This document shows, in pieces, positions 47,315 to 56,730 of a DNA stretch of 64,000 nucleotides (position 1 is its first letter; every line of letters starts with the position of its first letter). The notes beneath the pieces were generated by a model. It did no database searches. It saw only the letters and a program-made list of their open reading frames with translations, and was not told where the DNA came from. Location of the stretch: positions 1 to 64,000 of IMG/VR virus record IMGVR_UViG_3300046001_006965. One strand, written 5' to 3'. The position numbers and the translations under genes are program-made. This DNA is from a virus.

Positions 47315-47872
47315 TTAATTTAAGTGATGATATTTTTTATCCGCATTTTCTAATTTCAAATCATATTTATGAATGTAATATTTTTCACCGTTGTAAAACT
47401 TGGCGGCAACTTTCCATTCGCCATTTACAAAAGCATTGTACATTTTTAGATTGCTTTTTATGAATAACAACCCCAACCTCATTTGGTTATATTCAGAAAC
47501 TTTGGCATAATCCCACATTGAACCAACGGTTTTGAAACCTAATAATTTGTAGTGAAATCCCATAACTTGCATAATCCCAATAGAAGTAGATTCCATCGCT
47601 GTATTAGGATTTTTATAAAAAGCATCGTTAAACGCAATCCATTCATTCACCTGAACATCGACCTTGTTCAATGACCACTTGCCGGATGGGGTATAAGGCG
47701 ATTTTCGTTTGAACCACGAAGGCTCAAACTGGATGATAATTTTACCCGTGTCTTTTGCAAAACCAATCCCGCTACTTTCCACTTCCATAATAGCGTATAT
47801 TCTTGAAATTGGCATTTTGAATTCTTCAGATAATTTTTTAATGTCCGTTTGTGTGATTTTTTGTACTGCCAT
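47315..47872 (-). CDS. N-acetylmuramidase endolysin (DUF3380-like)
   Basis: VES.G.GF, I.FE, A.ESTS.G..QVMGF, YNG..Y..Y. Confidence 0.9.
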   Translation of the reverse strand: MAVQKITQTDIKKLSEEFKMPISRIYAIMEVESSGIGFAKDTGKIIIQFEPSWFKRKSPYTPSGKWSLNKVDVQVNEWIAFNDAFYKNPNTAMESTSIGIMQVMGFHYKLLGFKTVGSMWDYAKVSEYNQMRLGLLFIKSNLKMYNAFVNGEWKVAAKFYNGEKYYIHKYDLKLENADKKYHHLN

Positions 47873-47875
47873 TTA

Positions 47876-48295
47876 TTATTTTGATTTTGAGACCATTGCT
47901 TTTGCTTTTGTCAACAGGTCCAATTGCGCTTCGAGATATTCAATTTTCAAAGCCAGTTCCGTATTTTTGTTCTCCAGTTCAAAACTTTTTTTCTGTTCTT
48001 TTGCGTACAACAACAAAATATCAGTTTGTTTGCCTGATATAGACATATTGCTCGTCCTCAATTCTTTCACTTCATCACGCAAAACTCCCATCTGCAAATT
48101 ATGATCTTCGACAAATTCACGATATGCCTTTGCAATCGCACTATTGGCATCGGCATCCGTTTGTTTTGCAGCTGCATTTTCCTTTTTTAAGGCGACTCTT
48201 TGAGCCATTTTCCCACCGAAGAAGTAAGCCATTGGCGGTCCGAAAACGCCTAAAATTGCCAAGACAGGCGCATATAATTCTAAAAATTCTTTCAT
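47876..48295 (-). CDS. Holin-like TM plus coiled-coil protein
   Basis: N-terminal TM, upstream of endolysin. Confidence 0.5.
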   Translation of the reverse strand: MKEFLELYAPVLAILGVFGPPMAYFFGGKMAQRVALKKENAAAKQTDADANSAIAKAYREFVEDHNLQMGVLRDEVKELRTSNMSISGKQTDILLLYAKEQKKSFELENKNTELALKIEYLEAQLDLLTKAKAMVSKSK

Positions 48296-48304
48296 AATTT
48301 TATT

Positions 48305-48719
48305 TTAATATTTTGCAAAGATTATGCAGTTGTACGATTTATATGTATAGCTTCCTATGTGGGTAAAATTCCCTAAAATCACGTTTTTATGGGTCTTGCT
48401 CCTTAAATAAGCCTTTAGCAAACTTTCGTCGCTTTTGTATCCATAAGCCACTATCTGACCTTTTTTTTTCCGTGTAAAGTTCTAAATCTGTAAATCCATT
48501 GTGACTGACCTTTTTTTCACTCTCCATCTGGACAGCTTTTTGTCTGCTCAACTCGATTAACAAACTTTCAGGTTTCAGTTCGTTCAGCCTATTGCCGTGT
48601 CGTTCATCGTTTATCAGTTTTGTCAATTCGTCCGTTGCGTTTGCTTCTTTTGGCACGTATTTTATTTCGTCTGCCGATGTACAGGAAATGAATATCAGGA
48701 AAAGAAGTATCGTTTTCAT
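48305..48719 (-). pseudogene. CAP-domain lipoprotein frameshifted at an A9 tract
   Basis: Lipobox-like FISC, LIN.ER, SH.GF; C-terminal CAP motifs continue in another frame. Confidence 0.8.
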
Positions 48720-49153
48720 ATTTCTATTTTTATCAATATTTTGTAATCTTTTTCAATTTCTTCTTTGTTGGCTTTTTTCCAATTGAAAGGCACAATAAAC
48801 AATCCAACAATTGTCAATCCAACAAATCTTCCGAACGAGCTGTATTGACTTTTCCCTTTGCGTTCCATTCCTTTCGCAAACATCCAATCCGCTTTCCATT
48901 TGGTTGCAAAATTGGAATTTGCGTTGCAGTTTGAATAATGGTAATCGTGCAACATAGCGTCTAAATCCAAACCTTTTATGTCGCACAAATCTTTTGAATA
49001 ACTTGCTCCGTCAAACTCGTTTGGATTCAAGGCAAAAAATAAAAATGCTTTTTTGTACACTTTTATTTCTTCCCTTTCGTAACCTTTCGCATTCAAAAGT
49101 TTACGGCATCTTTGCCAATTGGAATGATTGAATATGTTAGTTGTTGTTTCCAT
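48716..49153 (-). CDS. DUF1353-like protein
   Basis: DGAS, A.LHDY.Y, AD..F motifs. Confidence 0.6.
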   Translation of the reverse strand: METTTNIFNHSNWQRCRKLLNAKGYEREEIKVYKKAFLFFALNPNEFDGASYSKDLCDIKGLDLDAMLHDYHYSNCNANSNFATKWKADWMFAKGMERKGKSQYSSFGRFVGLTIVGLFIVPFNWKKANKEEIEKDYKILIKIEI

Positions 49154-50788
49154 TTATAAAATCCCTCCATCCGTTATTGTCCAGTTATTAGGCGCGCCAG
49201 TTAATATTGCACGTGCAGCGCTTGATGCCGAAGTATATTTTGCACTTCCAAAACTTATCGTAATATTTGGCTTAACCGGTCTTGAACTCCATCCGTTGTA
49301 TATTGCGTCTAAATTTGCCGATGAAAGTGTTGCTGGTGTTTTATTTGGCATAAACAATGCGAAATTGGTACAATTAGAAACATTCCACATTCCAATGTTT
49401 TGATTGAAGCTTGCACTTTGAAACATTTGTTCAAGTCTTAAAGCGGAACCCATATTCCAATTGCTCAAAGAATCGTTAAAAGCAGAGCCTAAAAAGACAA
49501 CCCAAAAATTCGTGACAGCAGAAACATTCCATTCGTTTATTCTTGCGATTGTAGCTTTTGAATAACCGTTGAACATCCAACTTAAATTCGTAGTTCCCGT
49601 CAAGTCAAGAATGTCGATTACATTAACAAGGCTCAACCTCGAACAACCGCTAAAATAAGAACCAACGTTCCCCAATCTTATTCCTCCCCATTGCGTTATG
49701 CTGATTAATTTTCCTGCATCAGCACCAAAAGACCAACCGTAAAGCGTTCCAGTAATCACAATGCTGTATTCCCCCACTTCACTATAATTGTGCGTGACTG
49801 CTGTTTGGTTGTATGCTGTTATAACATTGGATGTTCCATCGCCCCAATACACCGTGAAATTATATGTTCCACTTGCAATCAAAGGCAATTTAACTGATTT
49901 ATTACTTGAAACACCTCCATACATAGTATTCCATTTTGAAATGAAAGCCGTTGTCGCATTGGTGGAACAGGTTATTTGGTTGCTGAATCCATTGGTATTT
50001 CCCGAAACATCAAAACCCTCTATTTTTATAATGTATGAAGTGGACGAAGCCAATCCGTCAGCATAAACCTCGGCTTTATTGCAAATATTGTTTAGTACTC
50101 CATTAACATAAACTTTGTAATATAGTATTTCATTTCCTACGGGAGTTGTGAACCCCAATTTTATTATTTGGTTGTATGCTGAAACAAAAGACAAGTCACT
50201 TATAATTGACGGAGCCGTGTCGTTTAGCCAAACTTTTGCGTTTCCACCGTTGTTTATATATTCAGTTAAATCAGCGTCTGGATTTCCTGCGTTTGAAGTA
50301 AAACAAGAACTATCCAAAACCAACAATGACGGATAAAATGTCCTGTTTCTGAAAACATATTCATAACCCGAGCCTCCAATGGTGGTGCATTTTGGGATGT
50401 AAATGTTTTCCAAAACTCCAATTTTTCCATCAAGGTCAAAAGATTGATATCCTAATTTGGTCAGATTTTTAGCCTTGAACGACTTTAATTTAGTAGTTCC
50501 GTAAAAACTTGCCCCACCTGTTTCAGTCATAGCTCCACCCAAATCGTGAAAGTAGGTTATGAGTGCATTATTATAAAAAGCCTGTACAGGAAGAATGTAG
50601 TTTCCAGTTACATTGCATTTTATATCTGTTCCAACAATTTCAAAATTAGAAATTCTCGTAACGCTGACTCCTAATGTTGTTGCCAATATTTGAGCCGTTG
50701 AAATTACAGATGAAACTCCGCCAATCTCGGTACTGGAGACGATTAACCCGCTTTTAAGACTGAATATTTCACGTGCAATTAAATTCAT
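49154..50788 (-). CDS. Multidomain adhesin-like protein (LRR, FN3, PKD-like, DUF285/BspA repeats)
   Basis: FN3 GL..STSY.I, WGDG..H.Y..G.Y, WNVS.VT and FNQ.IG.WNVS repeats. Confidence 0.75.
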   Translation of the reverse strand: MNLIAREIFSLKSGLIVSSTEIGGVSSVISTAQILATTLGVSVTRISNFEIVGTDIKCNVTGNYILPVQAFYNNALITYFHDLGGAMTETGGASFYGTTKLKSFKAKNLTKLGYQSFDLDGKIGVLENIYIPKCTTIGGSGYEYVFRNRTFYPSLLVLDSSCFTSNAGNPDADLTEYINNGGNAKVWLNDTAPSIISDLSFVSAYNQIIKLGFTTPVGNEILYYKVYVNGVLNNICNKAEVYADGLASSTSYIIKIEGFDVSGNTNGFSNQITCSTNATTAFISKWNTMYGGVSSNKSVKLPLIASGTYNFTVYWGDGTSNVITAYNQTAVTHNYSEVGEYSIVITGTLYGWSFGADAGKLISITQWGGIRLGNVGSYFSGCSRLSLVNVIDILDLTGTTNLSWMFNGYSKATIARINEWNVSAVTNFWVVFLGSAFNDSLSNWNMGSALRLEQMFQSASFNQNIGMWNVSNCTNFALFMPNKTPATLSSANLDAIYNGWSSRPVKPNITISFGSAKYTSASSAARAILTGAPNNWTITDGGIL

Positions 50789-50797
50789 AATCTATTT

Positions 50798-51184
50798 TTA
50801 TCTTGGTTCCCAAATACCGTCATAAACGTTGTCACTAACTAAATTATAAAGCAAACCTTTAAGCAACAAAAAATCATCCAATTCACTTCCAATCAATGTT
50901 GTTTCTTCGCCATAAATAGAAAGCAAAACTTCTTTTTGCTCGTCATATTCCTGATAGGTTTTTTGATAGGTTTTGACTTGAATATCCCCGTGTCGGTTGC
51001 GTAAAATTGCCACGCTTTCCGTTTCCAATCCCTTGTCATAAACAATACTGTCAACCGCTTGCAAAGTGTATGTTTTGTTCACGTCATCTTTGTTGGTAAC
51101 TTGTAAATCAATTTGCACGTGCTCGATAACTTTGCCCTCACGATCTTGACATAAAAAGACTTTTTCCGTTGTAATTGCTCTCAT
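50798..51184 (-). CDS. Tail-fibre-associated hypothetical protein
   Basis: 128 aa; paralog at the window start. Confidence 0.75.
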   Translation of the reverse strand: MRAITTEKVFLCQDREGKVIEHVQIDLQVTNKDDVNKTYTLQAVDSIVYDKGLETESVAILRNRHGDIQVKTYQKTYQEYDEQKEVLLSIYGEETTLIGSELDDFLLLKGLLYNLVSDNVYDGIWEPR

Positions 51185-51461
51185 AATAATTTTTTTAAAG
51201 ATTACCCACGCATAAATATTCGTTCGCTACACCCGTGTTCGCTATTGTGTGAGATAGCTTTTCAGCCATTGTCGTTCCCGTGTTGTCCAATAGCACAATT
51301 GAACCCCCTAAAGCATAAGTAAGCGTAACCCCTGCTCTTGTTTTGACGCTATAATTAAACCCCAAAGCAAGACCGTTTGGCAATGTAAGAGTACAACTCG
51401 CAGTCAATAAAATAACTTTGCCGTTGTATGTGTTGTCTAAAGTGGTGTTTGTGCCGATTTT
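50983..51461. repeat. Direct repeat copy 2 of tail-fibre-tip module
   Basis: Matches 1-480. Confidence 0.97.
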
Positions 51462-52487
51462 TAATATTGTGATATCCAAATTTTGAGCCGCTGCCGGATG
51501 CGTATGTGTCGTGATTTCTCCAGTAAGTTTCGCTTCAATTTCGGCTTTTGTGATATTGCTGTTTTTCTGGGCATCGTTTGGAGCCGTGGATGGTGTGTAA
51601 CCTAAAGCGGCTACTATATTTGCAAGAGTTAAATTCGTCAAGAATCTAGCAACGGTAAAATACAAATTAGTACTTCCTTCCGGCAAAGTATCAGTATTAA
51701 CCGCCCCACTGCCACCAGAACCATTGTTTACCCAGATATTTTCCTCTGCATCCCAAGAGTAATTTACAACATCAGTTGAACCCACAATATTCACCTGTGC
51801 AGAATCCCCGGCAGATGCAGTTGGGTGCGCCGCGTTTAAAGCAGCCTCGGTCAAGTAAACACCTTTAGAGTGGTTGTTGTAATCTGCGGCATCTAGCTTT
51901 AAAGCCAAAGCATCAAAAACAACATTTTCACTAGGTGCATATCCCGTTTCGCCATTTCTTAATTGTTGAGAAACTGCCCATCTAGGTTTAGGTATCACCG
52001 GTGTACCCACAACCGTACTCTCAACATCAATAGAGGCCAATTCAATTGTTCCCGTTGGTGCTGATGGCTTCAAGGCCACACCAACTCCTTCATCTCCTGG
52101 TACCCGATAAATTGTACCAAGGTTTGTCCCTACAAAAATATCAGTACGAATATAGCCGGAAGTGGCGAAAGGAAGCACTGTATTATAAGCGGCCGCATTG
52201 GTATATTGAACTTGCAGCAATCTCCAAATAAAGTCCTCCGCAAGTATGTCAACGGTCGTTCCGGTTACGATAACCTCACCCTCTTTGATAACATCATCAG
52301 GAAGGGCAATGGCGTTAATTTTAACGTCTTGAGCCAACAAAACAGCATCAAGTCCCTCAATACTTTCATAAGGAACACTTTCGCTTTTATGCCTAAAGCT
52401 ATCCCACACATCCCAAAACTGTGCTTGGGTTGGTTTTAAACCAGTTTTAAACCAGTTTTTTATCGTAGTTAAAGAAACTATTGCCAT
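51195..52487 (-). CDS. Tail fibre protein of phage B
   Basis: KNWFKTG.KPTQ.QFW..WDSF.HK N-terminus, EGSTNLYFT motif, shared C-terminal domain. Confidence 0.8.
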   Translation of the reverse strand: MAIVSLTTIKNWFKTGLKPTQAQFWDVWDSFRHKSESVPYESIEGLDAVLLAQDVKINAIALPDDVIKEGEVIVTGTTVDILAEDFIWRLLQVQYTNAAAYNTVLPFATSGYIRTDIFVGTNLGTIYRVPGDEGVGVALKPSAPTGTIELASIDVESTVVGTPVIPKPRWAVSQQLRNGETGYAPSENVVFDALALKLDAADYNNHSKGVYLTEAALNAAHPTASAGDSAQVNIVGSTDVVNYSWDAEENIWVNNGSGGSGAVNTDTLPEGSTNLYFTVARFLTNLTLANIVAALGYTPSTAPNDAQKNSNITKAEIEAKLTGEITTHTHPAAAQNLDITILKIGTNTTLDNTYNGKVILLTASCTLTLPNGLALGFNYSVKTRAGVTLTYALGGSIVLLDNTGTTMAEKLSHTIANTGVANEYLCVGNL

Positions 52488-52489
52488 TG

Positions 52490-53305
52490 TTAGGTTTTTT
52501 GAATATACAGAACTACTCGGTATGGGTTCATAATGTCGTAAGCAACTCCTGATCCGGCAGATTTAGTACTAAAAACGGTTGCCGTAGTTGAATTTTTTAC
52601 ATAGTCATTGCCACCGTCTGAGTTAGCTCCGCCAGTTGATAATCCTAAATCGTGTACGTGAGGAACCATCTCTGCTAATGTATTTGTATGTGTTTTAGAT
52701 CCAGAGGCATAAGTCAAGGTATCAAACCCCGGAATAGCGGAGTCGTAACCAACGGCCATTCTACCTCGCAAAGGCGTATATTCTGTCCAACCAACTGGAA
52801 TTAAACTAGCCGCTTGACCCCAAATAGCAATCAGGCCACTTGGCACATTAACCGTGGTTATTGCTTCCAATGCCGCAACTCTTTCCAATAATGCGGCAAC
52901 AGTGGTTTTGTCTTCTTTAAATTCCAATGCGGCAGGGATTTCCTTAGTTTCAAAACCTCGTTTAAAATCTGCCCACGGCCATTGAGTGGTGCCGGTTCCA
53001 AAGGTGGCCCATCTCGTATAAATAACATCATTCGAATTCCCGTCCTCAAATTCCCGCAATTGGGCCGATTGAACGATAATAACATTCGTTTGAACTACAC
53101 CTCCTCGAAACTCCAATACTTCGCCGTTAATATAAACAACTCCGTTGGTGGCCGTTGTTTCCGTAACTACGCACCCACTTATGATGGTAAAGTTGCCCAC
53201 AATTGCACCTAAAGCATTGAAAATACTATAGGCTTTTTGCATTTCGTCAAGGATTTCCGTTTCTAAAGGGAACCCGACACTTTGATTGAAATTTAATGAA
53301 TTCAT
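52490..53305 (-). CDS. Tail fibre / collar-domain protein
   Basis: P.G.I..W, IP.GW, GR..VG, M.PY.V..YI.K. Confidence 0.75.
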   Translation of the reverse strand: MNSLNFNQSVGFPLETEILDEMQKAYSIFNALGAIVGNFTIISGCVVTETTATNGVVYINGEVLEFRGGVVQTNVIIVQSAQLREFEDGNSNDVIYTRWATFGTGTTQWPWADFKRGFETKEIPAALEFKEDKTTVAALLERVAALEAITTVNVPSGLIAIWGQAASLIPVGWTEYTPLRGRMAVGYDSAIPGFDTLTYASGSKTHTNTLAEMVPHVHDLGLSTGGANSDGGNDYVKNSTTATVFSTKSAGSGVAYDIMNPYRVVLYIQKT

Positions 53306-53769
53306 ACTATTGGTCGTATTTGGTAGCGTTTCGACGCTAGTTTGTAAAAGGTAATAAGAGCATTCAACTCATTTATTTTGGTGTCAATCAATTCCTGAGG
53401 CGCAAACACAATGAAGTCGGCTCCCGTGTTTAAATATTCCGAATTGCGGTAAATGAACATTGTCCCAATATATACCGGCTTATTTTCGACACCCGTATAA
53501 ATGTATTTTCTAGGGAACGCATTACCGTTCGTGATATAGATGCGACGGTCAATTGGGTCAATAGCATCGTTCAATACTTTTCGCATCAGGCAAACTTGGC
53601 CCGTGTGCTCAATCTTATACCAATCTGTCAATCGCTTTTGTGTCCAGGCATAATGCAAGTTGATTATTTGAGTGACAATAGCATTCAAGAAAGCCAACCA
53701 AATTGGTTTTCTTAAAAAAGCGGGGACCCGCTCTTGGCTCAGTTTATCAAAATCTATATTATACCACAT
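53302..53769 (-). CDS. Baseplate wedge protein
   Basis: TGQV....LND..D, DFIV..P, YKLA; follows baseplate J. Confidence 0.7.
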   Translation of the reverse strand: MWYNIDFDKLSQERVPAFLRKPIWLAFLNAIVTQIINLHYAWTQKRLTDWYKIEHTGQVCLMRKVLNDAIDPIDRRIYITNGNAFPRKYIYTGVENKPVYIGTMFIYRNSEYLNTGADFIVFAPQELIDTKINELNALITFYKLASKRYQIRPIV

Positions 53770-54628
53770 AGGTCACGGTGTCAAAATTGGGTACTTCAAA
53801 ATATCCGGCAACAGGAATAGTCTTCACGTTAATTGGTGCGTAATCTCTATAATCTAGCGTAACCGTGTCATATATGCTCGATGTCGCCACAATTATATGA
53901 GCATTGTCAACACCGTCAACGGCTCTTAATTTTTCAATCAAATCATTCAAAACCAACTCACCGTCAAAAGGCAAATTCTTAATATAAGCATTGACTGCTG
54001 TCTCCACCGGCTTACCACCGTTTAGAATGCTATTTCCATTTTCATCAATCACCAGGACATCCCGATAAATTGCCATATTCAATAACAATTGATCTGCAGG
54101 ATTATTCACAATTTGCAACTTCACACCCGCATATTTTATTTCTTCCATATAACCGTCAAAACTATCGAGCTGCAATGTGGTCAACGGAATCAATTCGCCT
54201 GCACTTTCACCCGCCACTTTCACAACTAATCTATTGCTCTCGCCTGATTCCTTCACGCTGCGGTATTTTATAATTTTTGAAGCGTCAATCTGGTCAACGG
54301 TGAAACCCGTGTTGTCAAATTTGTCACTATCAGCTAAAAGGTCAAAGCCATATTGAAAAGCCAAAGCCATATTTCCATACCACCTCGGAGTACCACTCTT
54401 TTGCTCATACAATGCCGTGTCAACTTCCTTTTTGTGTTGATCAAAGATTTGTTCTAAAATCAATGTGCAATACGCAAACACGTCAAAAAATATACTTTCA
54501 AAAGAAGCCTTCGAAAATTCGTCATCAAACAGGGCACCTTCCACAAATCCGTATGAGGTTTGTATTATCGCTTTCGACATAAATGCTGCCGTCAATTCCT
54601 TTTTTATTTCTAATAATGTGCGTGCCAT
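53759..54628 (-). CDS. Baseplate J-like protein
   Basis: WY...AL.FQYG, K.AGV, YI.NLPF.G, V.GV. Confidence 0.75.
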   Translation of the reverse strand: MARTLLEIKKELTAAFMSKAIIQTSYGFVEGALFDDEFSKASFESIFFDVFAYCTLILEQIFDQHKKEVDTALYEQKSGTPRWYGNMALAFQYGFDLLADSDKFDNTGFTVDQIDASKIIKYRSVKESGESNRLVVKVAGESAGELIPLTTLQLDSFDGYMEEIKYAGVKLQIVNNPADQLLLNMAIYRDVLVIDENGNSILNGGKPVETAVNAYIKNLPFDGELVLNDLIEKLRAVDGVDNAHIIVATSSIYDTVTLDYRDYAPINVKTIPVAGYFEVPNFDTVTYVV

Positions 54629-54630
54629 AA

Positions 54631-54918
54631 TTATTGTATTATAAAAGTTGTTCCTATTTCCATAAATCCAATTCCTTCATTCCCTGGTGTAGTGCCCGGC
54701 TTCTTTTCAATCGCACTTGCGGGCCTATTTCTATCATCAAATAATTTTACCATTCCCTTTCGTGTCACTCTACTCGATTGAAGTTCCTGACCTATCGCCA
54801 CACTGTCCGTCAAGGACATTCCATTCAATAATGCCATTTCAAAAGCGTTCTCGGAGCTTCCAGTGGTTTCCAAAACCTTGTCAATAAAGTTTTGCCCTTG
54901 ATAGACTTTATCCTTCAT
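54631..54918 (-). CDS. LysM / tail X-like baseplate protein
   Basis: V.QGQ...D...G..AF..A..NG; GIG.M.IG..F. Confidence 0.65.
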   Translation of the reverse strand: MKDKVYQGQNFIDKVLETTGSSENAFEMALLNGMSLTDSVAIGQELQSSRVTRKGMVKLFDDRNRPASAIEKKPGTTPGNEGIGFMEIGTTFIIQ

Positions 54919-55249
54919 AGTCGGCAATGATTTTTATTGGTTTGTTTTCGTACAAATCAACCGTTTCCACAACCAAACCATCTTTGGCAAAGTGCTCTCT
55001 AATTCTATGACGAAACTCCAAATAATCGGAACCCAACAACAAATCACCCAGTCCAACACCCAAATCGGGATTTGCTTTCAACTCACCTTGATGGGCAATG
55101 AGAATGATTCCTTTGTTTTGTTCCAATATATTGCCAACAACAAGCCCAGAAACAATCAGTCCGGCACTGTCCCGAATCACATTGATTTTTAAATCAAGTA
55201 CGTCTCCCGTGTCATTATTGTCAACCAATTGGATTCCTATATATTTCAT
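54908..55249 (-). CDS. gp25/gp46-like baseplate protein
   Basis: GE.K..P.LGVG motif. Confidence 0.65.
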   Translation of the reverse strand: MKYIGIQLVDNNDTGDVLDLKINVIRDSAGLIVSGLVVGNILEQNKGIILIAHQGELKANPDLGVGLGDLLLGSDYLEFRHRIREHFAKDGLVVETVDLYENKPIKIIADYEG

Positions 55250-55255
55250 TTAAAC

Positions 55256-55765
55256 TTACTTTAAAAGGGAATTAACCTTTGTTGAAAAATTAGTAACTAA
55301 TGTCACCACGTCAGGTGTAATAGTTCCGCTTGGTGCTCCAACGGAAACAACATTAACTTTCAAACTATTAATTATCGTGGCCAAGTCTGAAAATAAATCC
55401 TTCAAATTAACCGTTCCGTTTTCAATCTTTATTTTTTTATCAAAACTGTCAAACTCAACTTTCATTCCCTCTTGCGAAAATTGAAACTTAGCAACTTCAT
55501 TCACTTTTATGATATAAAGGTTCGAAAGGGTTCCGTCACCGCTCAACATCAAAACCTCCGAGTTGAATGCAGGAACTAGCAATAAAAAATCTTCACCATC
55601 AGTCACACTAGCATTGATTTTCACGTCCGAAAGAACTAACCCACTTGCCAATTGTACCGTGCACGTTTCACCTTCAACAGACTGCACCGTTCCCACAATT
55701 GGATAGTTAGGATTTGCCCCAACAACTTCTTGCAATCTTTTCTTAATTTCGGCTTTCTTATCCAT
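55256..55765 (-). CDS. Baseplate spike protein
   Basis: OB-fold-like N-terminus; synteny. Confidence 0.6.
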   Translation of the reverse strand: MDKKAEIKKRLQEVVGANPNYPIVGTVQSVEGETCTVQLASGLVLSDVKINASVTDGEDFLLLVPAFNSEVLMLSGDGTLSNLYIIKVNEVAKFQFSQEGMKVEFDSFDKKIKIENGTVNLKDLFSDLATIINSLKVNVVSVGAPSGTITPDVVTLVTNFSTKVNSLLK

Positions 55766-56730
55766 TATAGCTTTATTCCTGGTGTAATAGTTCGAACGGC
55801 TCCGCTCTCGCTAAATATTGTTTTAACTCCAATTATATAATAATTTCCATCTTTGTATGGATAGTCACTGTCTTCTATTTTTGCCGAGTAGGTAGGTTTC
55901 ACAAATGGAATCAACCACCCGTCGAACGTTCCCGCATATCCGTCAAAACTGTTTTTCTTTAAAGCTGCACTCGCCACTTTTCGCATATCGGCCTCACTCA
56001 TTGGGCCCACTTTCAAATTAATCTTTTCGCCTCCGGTAGATCCTGCAGTGATGCTCGTCACCTTACCTTTAGTATCGGTACTTTCAACTGTTACCTCGAT
56101 TTTTTTATCAATCGCTTTTTTATATTCCAGCGAACTTTTTTCAATATTCCTTTGCATCGAATAACGCACGGCTCCTGCCTTTTCTAAATAGGGAGGGTGT
56201 ATGTGCAAAACCTTGTTAGTCGTGTCAAAATATACGTTGGCTTTAGTTTCCTCCTGCAGCTTTTTCAAAACATCGTATGCTGTTGCTTGATGAATTACAA
56301 ACTTTTCATAACTTATGTCATAATCACAATTCAATGTAAATGACGGATCTATTTTGTCAATCAAATATTGTCCAATCTTTTTCAAAGAACTCGGTTTCAA
56401 TTCCACGTCCGGGATGCCAACACGGAACAAAAACAAAGCATCTTCACATAATATCTTGAGCGTGCTGTCATTCGTGGTAATCTCTTGAATATAGCCTTCG
56501 AATTCCGTCACCAACTTATTGTCATACCCTAATTGTATCAATACTTTTGTGCCTCGGCTTATCTTTTCCTCAATATTCATAACCTGGTTCATCACCGCCT
56601 CCGGGAGCACTATTGTGGCAACATCGGCAAGATTATCGACCGAGCACTCAATTTCGCATTCGGCAAGGATGCCCAACTTGAATTGTTTGCCTTTATTGTC
56701 GAATACGATATTCCAGTTCATTCTATACAT
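55765..56730 (-). CDS. Baseplate hub (gpD / Mu gp44-like)
   Basis: I.LGY..EF.GY, CED, G.Y.I..V..F..G. Confidence 0.75.
   Translation of the reverse strand: MYRMNWNIVFDNKGKQFKLGILAECEIECSVDNLADVATIVLPEAVMNQVMNIEEKISRGTKVLIQLGYDNKLVTEFEGYIQEITTNDSTLKILCEDALFLFRVGIPDVELKPSSLKKIGQYLIDKIDPSFTLNCDYDISYEKFVIHQATAYDVLKKLQEETKANVYFDTTNKVLHIHPPYLEKAGAVRYSMQRNIEKSSLEYKKAIDKKIEVTVESTDTKGKVTSITAGSTGGEKINLKVGPMSEADMRKVASAALKKNSFDGYAGTFDGWLIPFVKPTYSAKIEDSDYPYKDGNYYIIGVKTIFSESGAVRTITPGIKL

Larger units (their letters stand above)
1..50982. mobile_element. Temperate siphovirus-type phage A, apparently one complete genome equivalent
   Basis: Full set of head, non-contractile tail, replication, immunity, integrase and lysis modules, bounded by direct repeats offset by 50,982 bp. 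Confidence 0.85.

Noticed and set aside
50983-51461. Invertible tail-fibre shufflon (Gin/Cin type)
   Set aside because: Repeats are direct, 51 kb apart, and no serine invertase is present.
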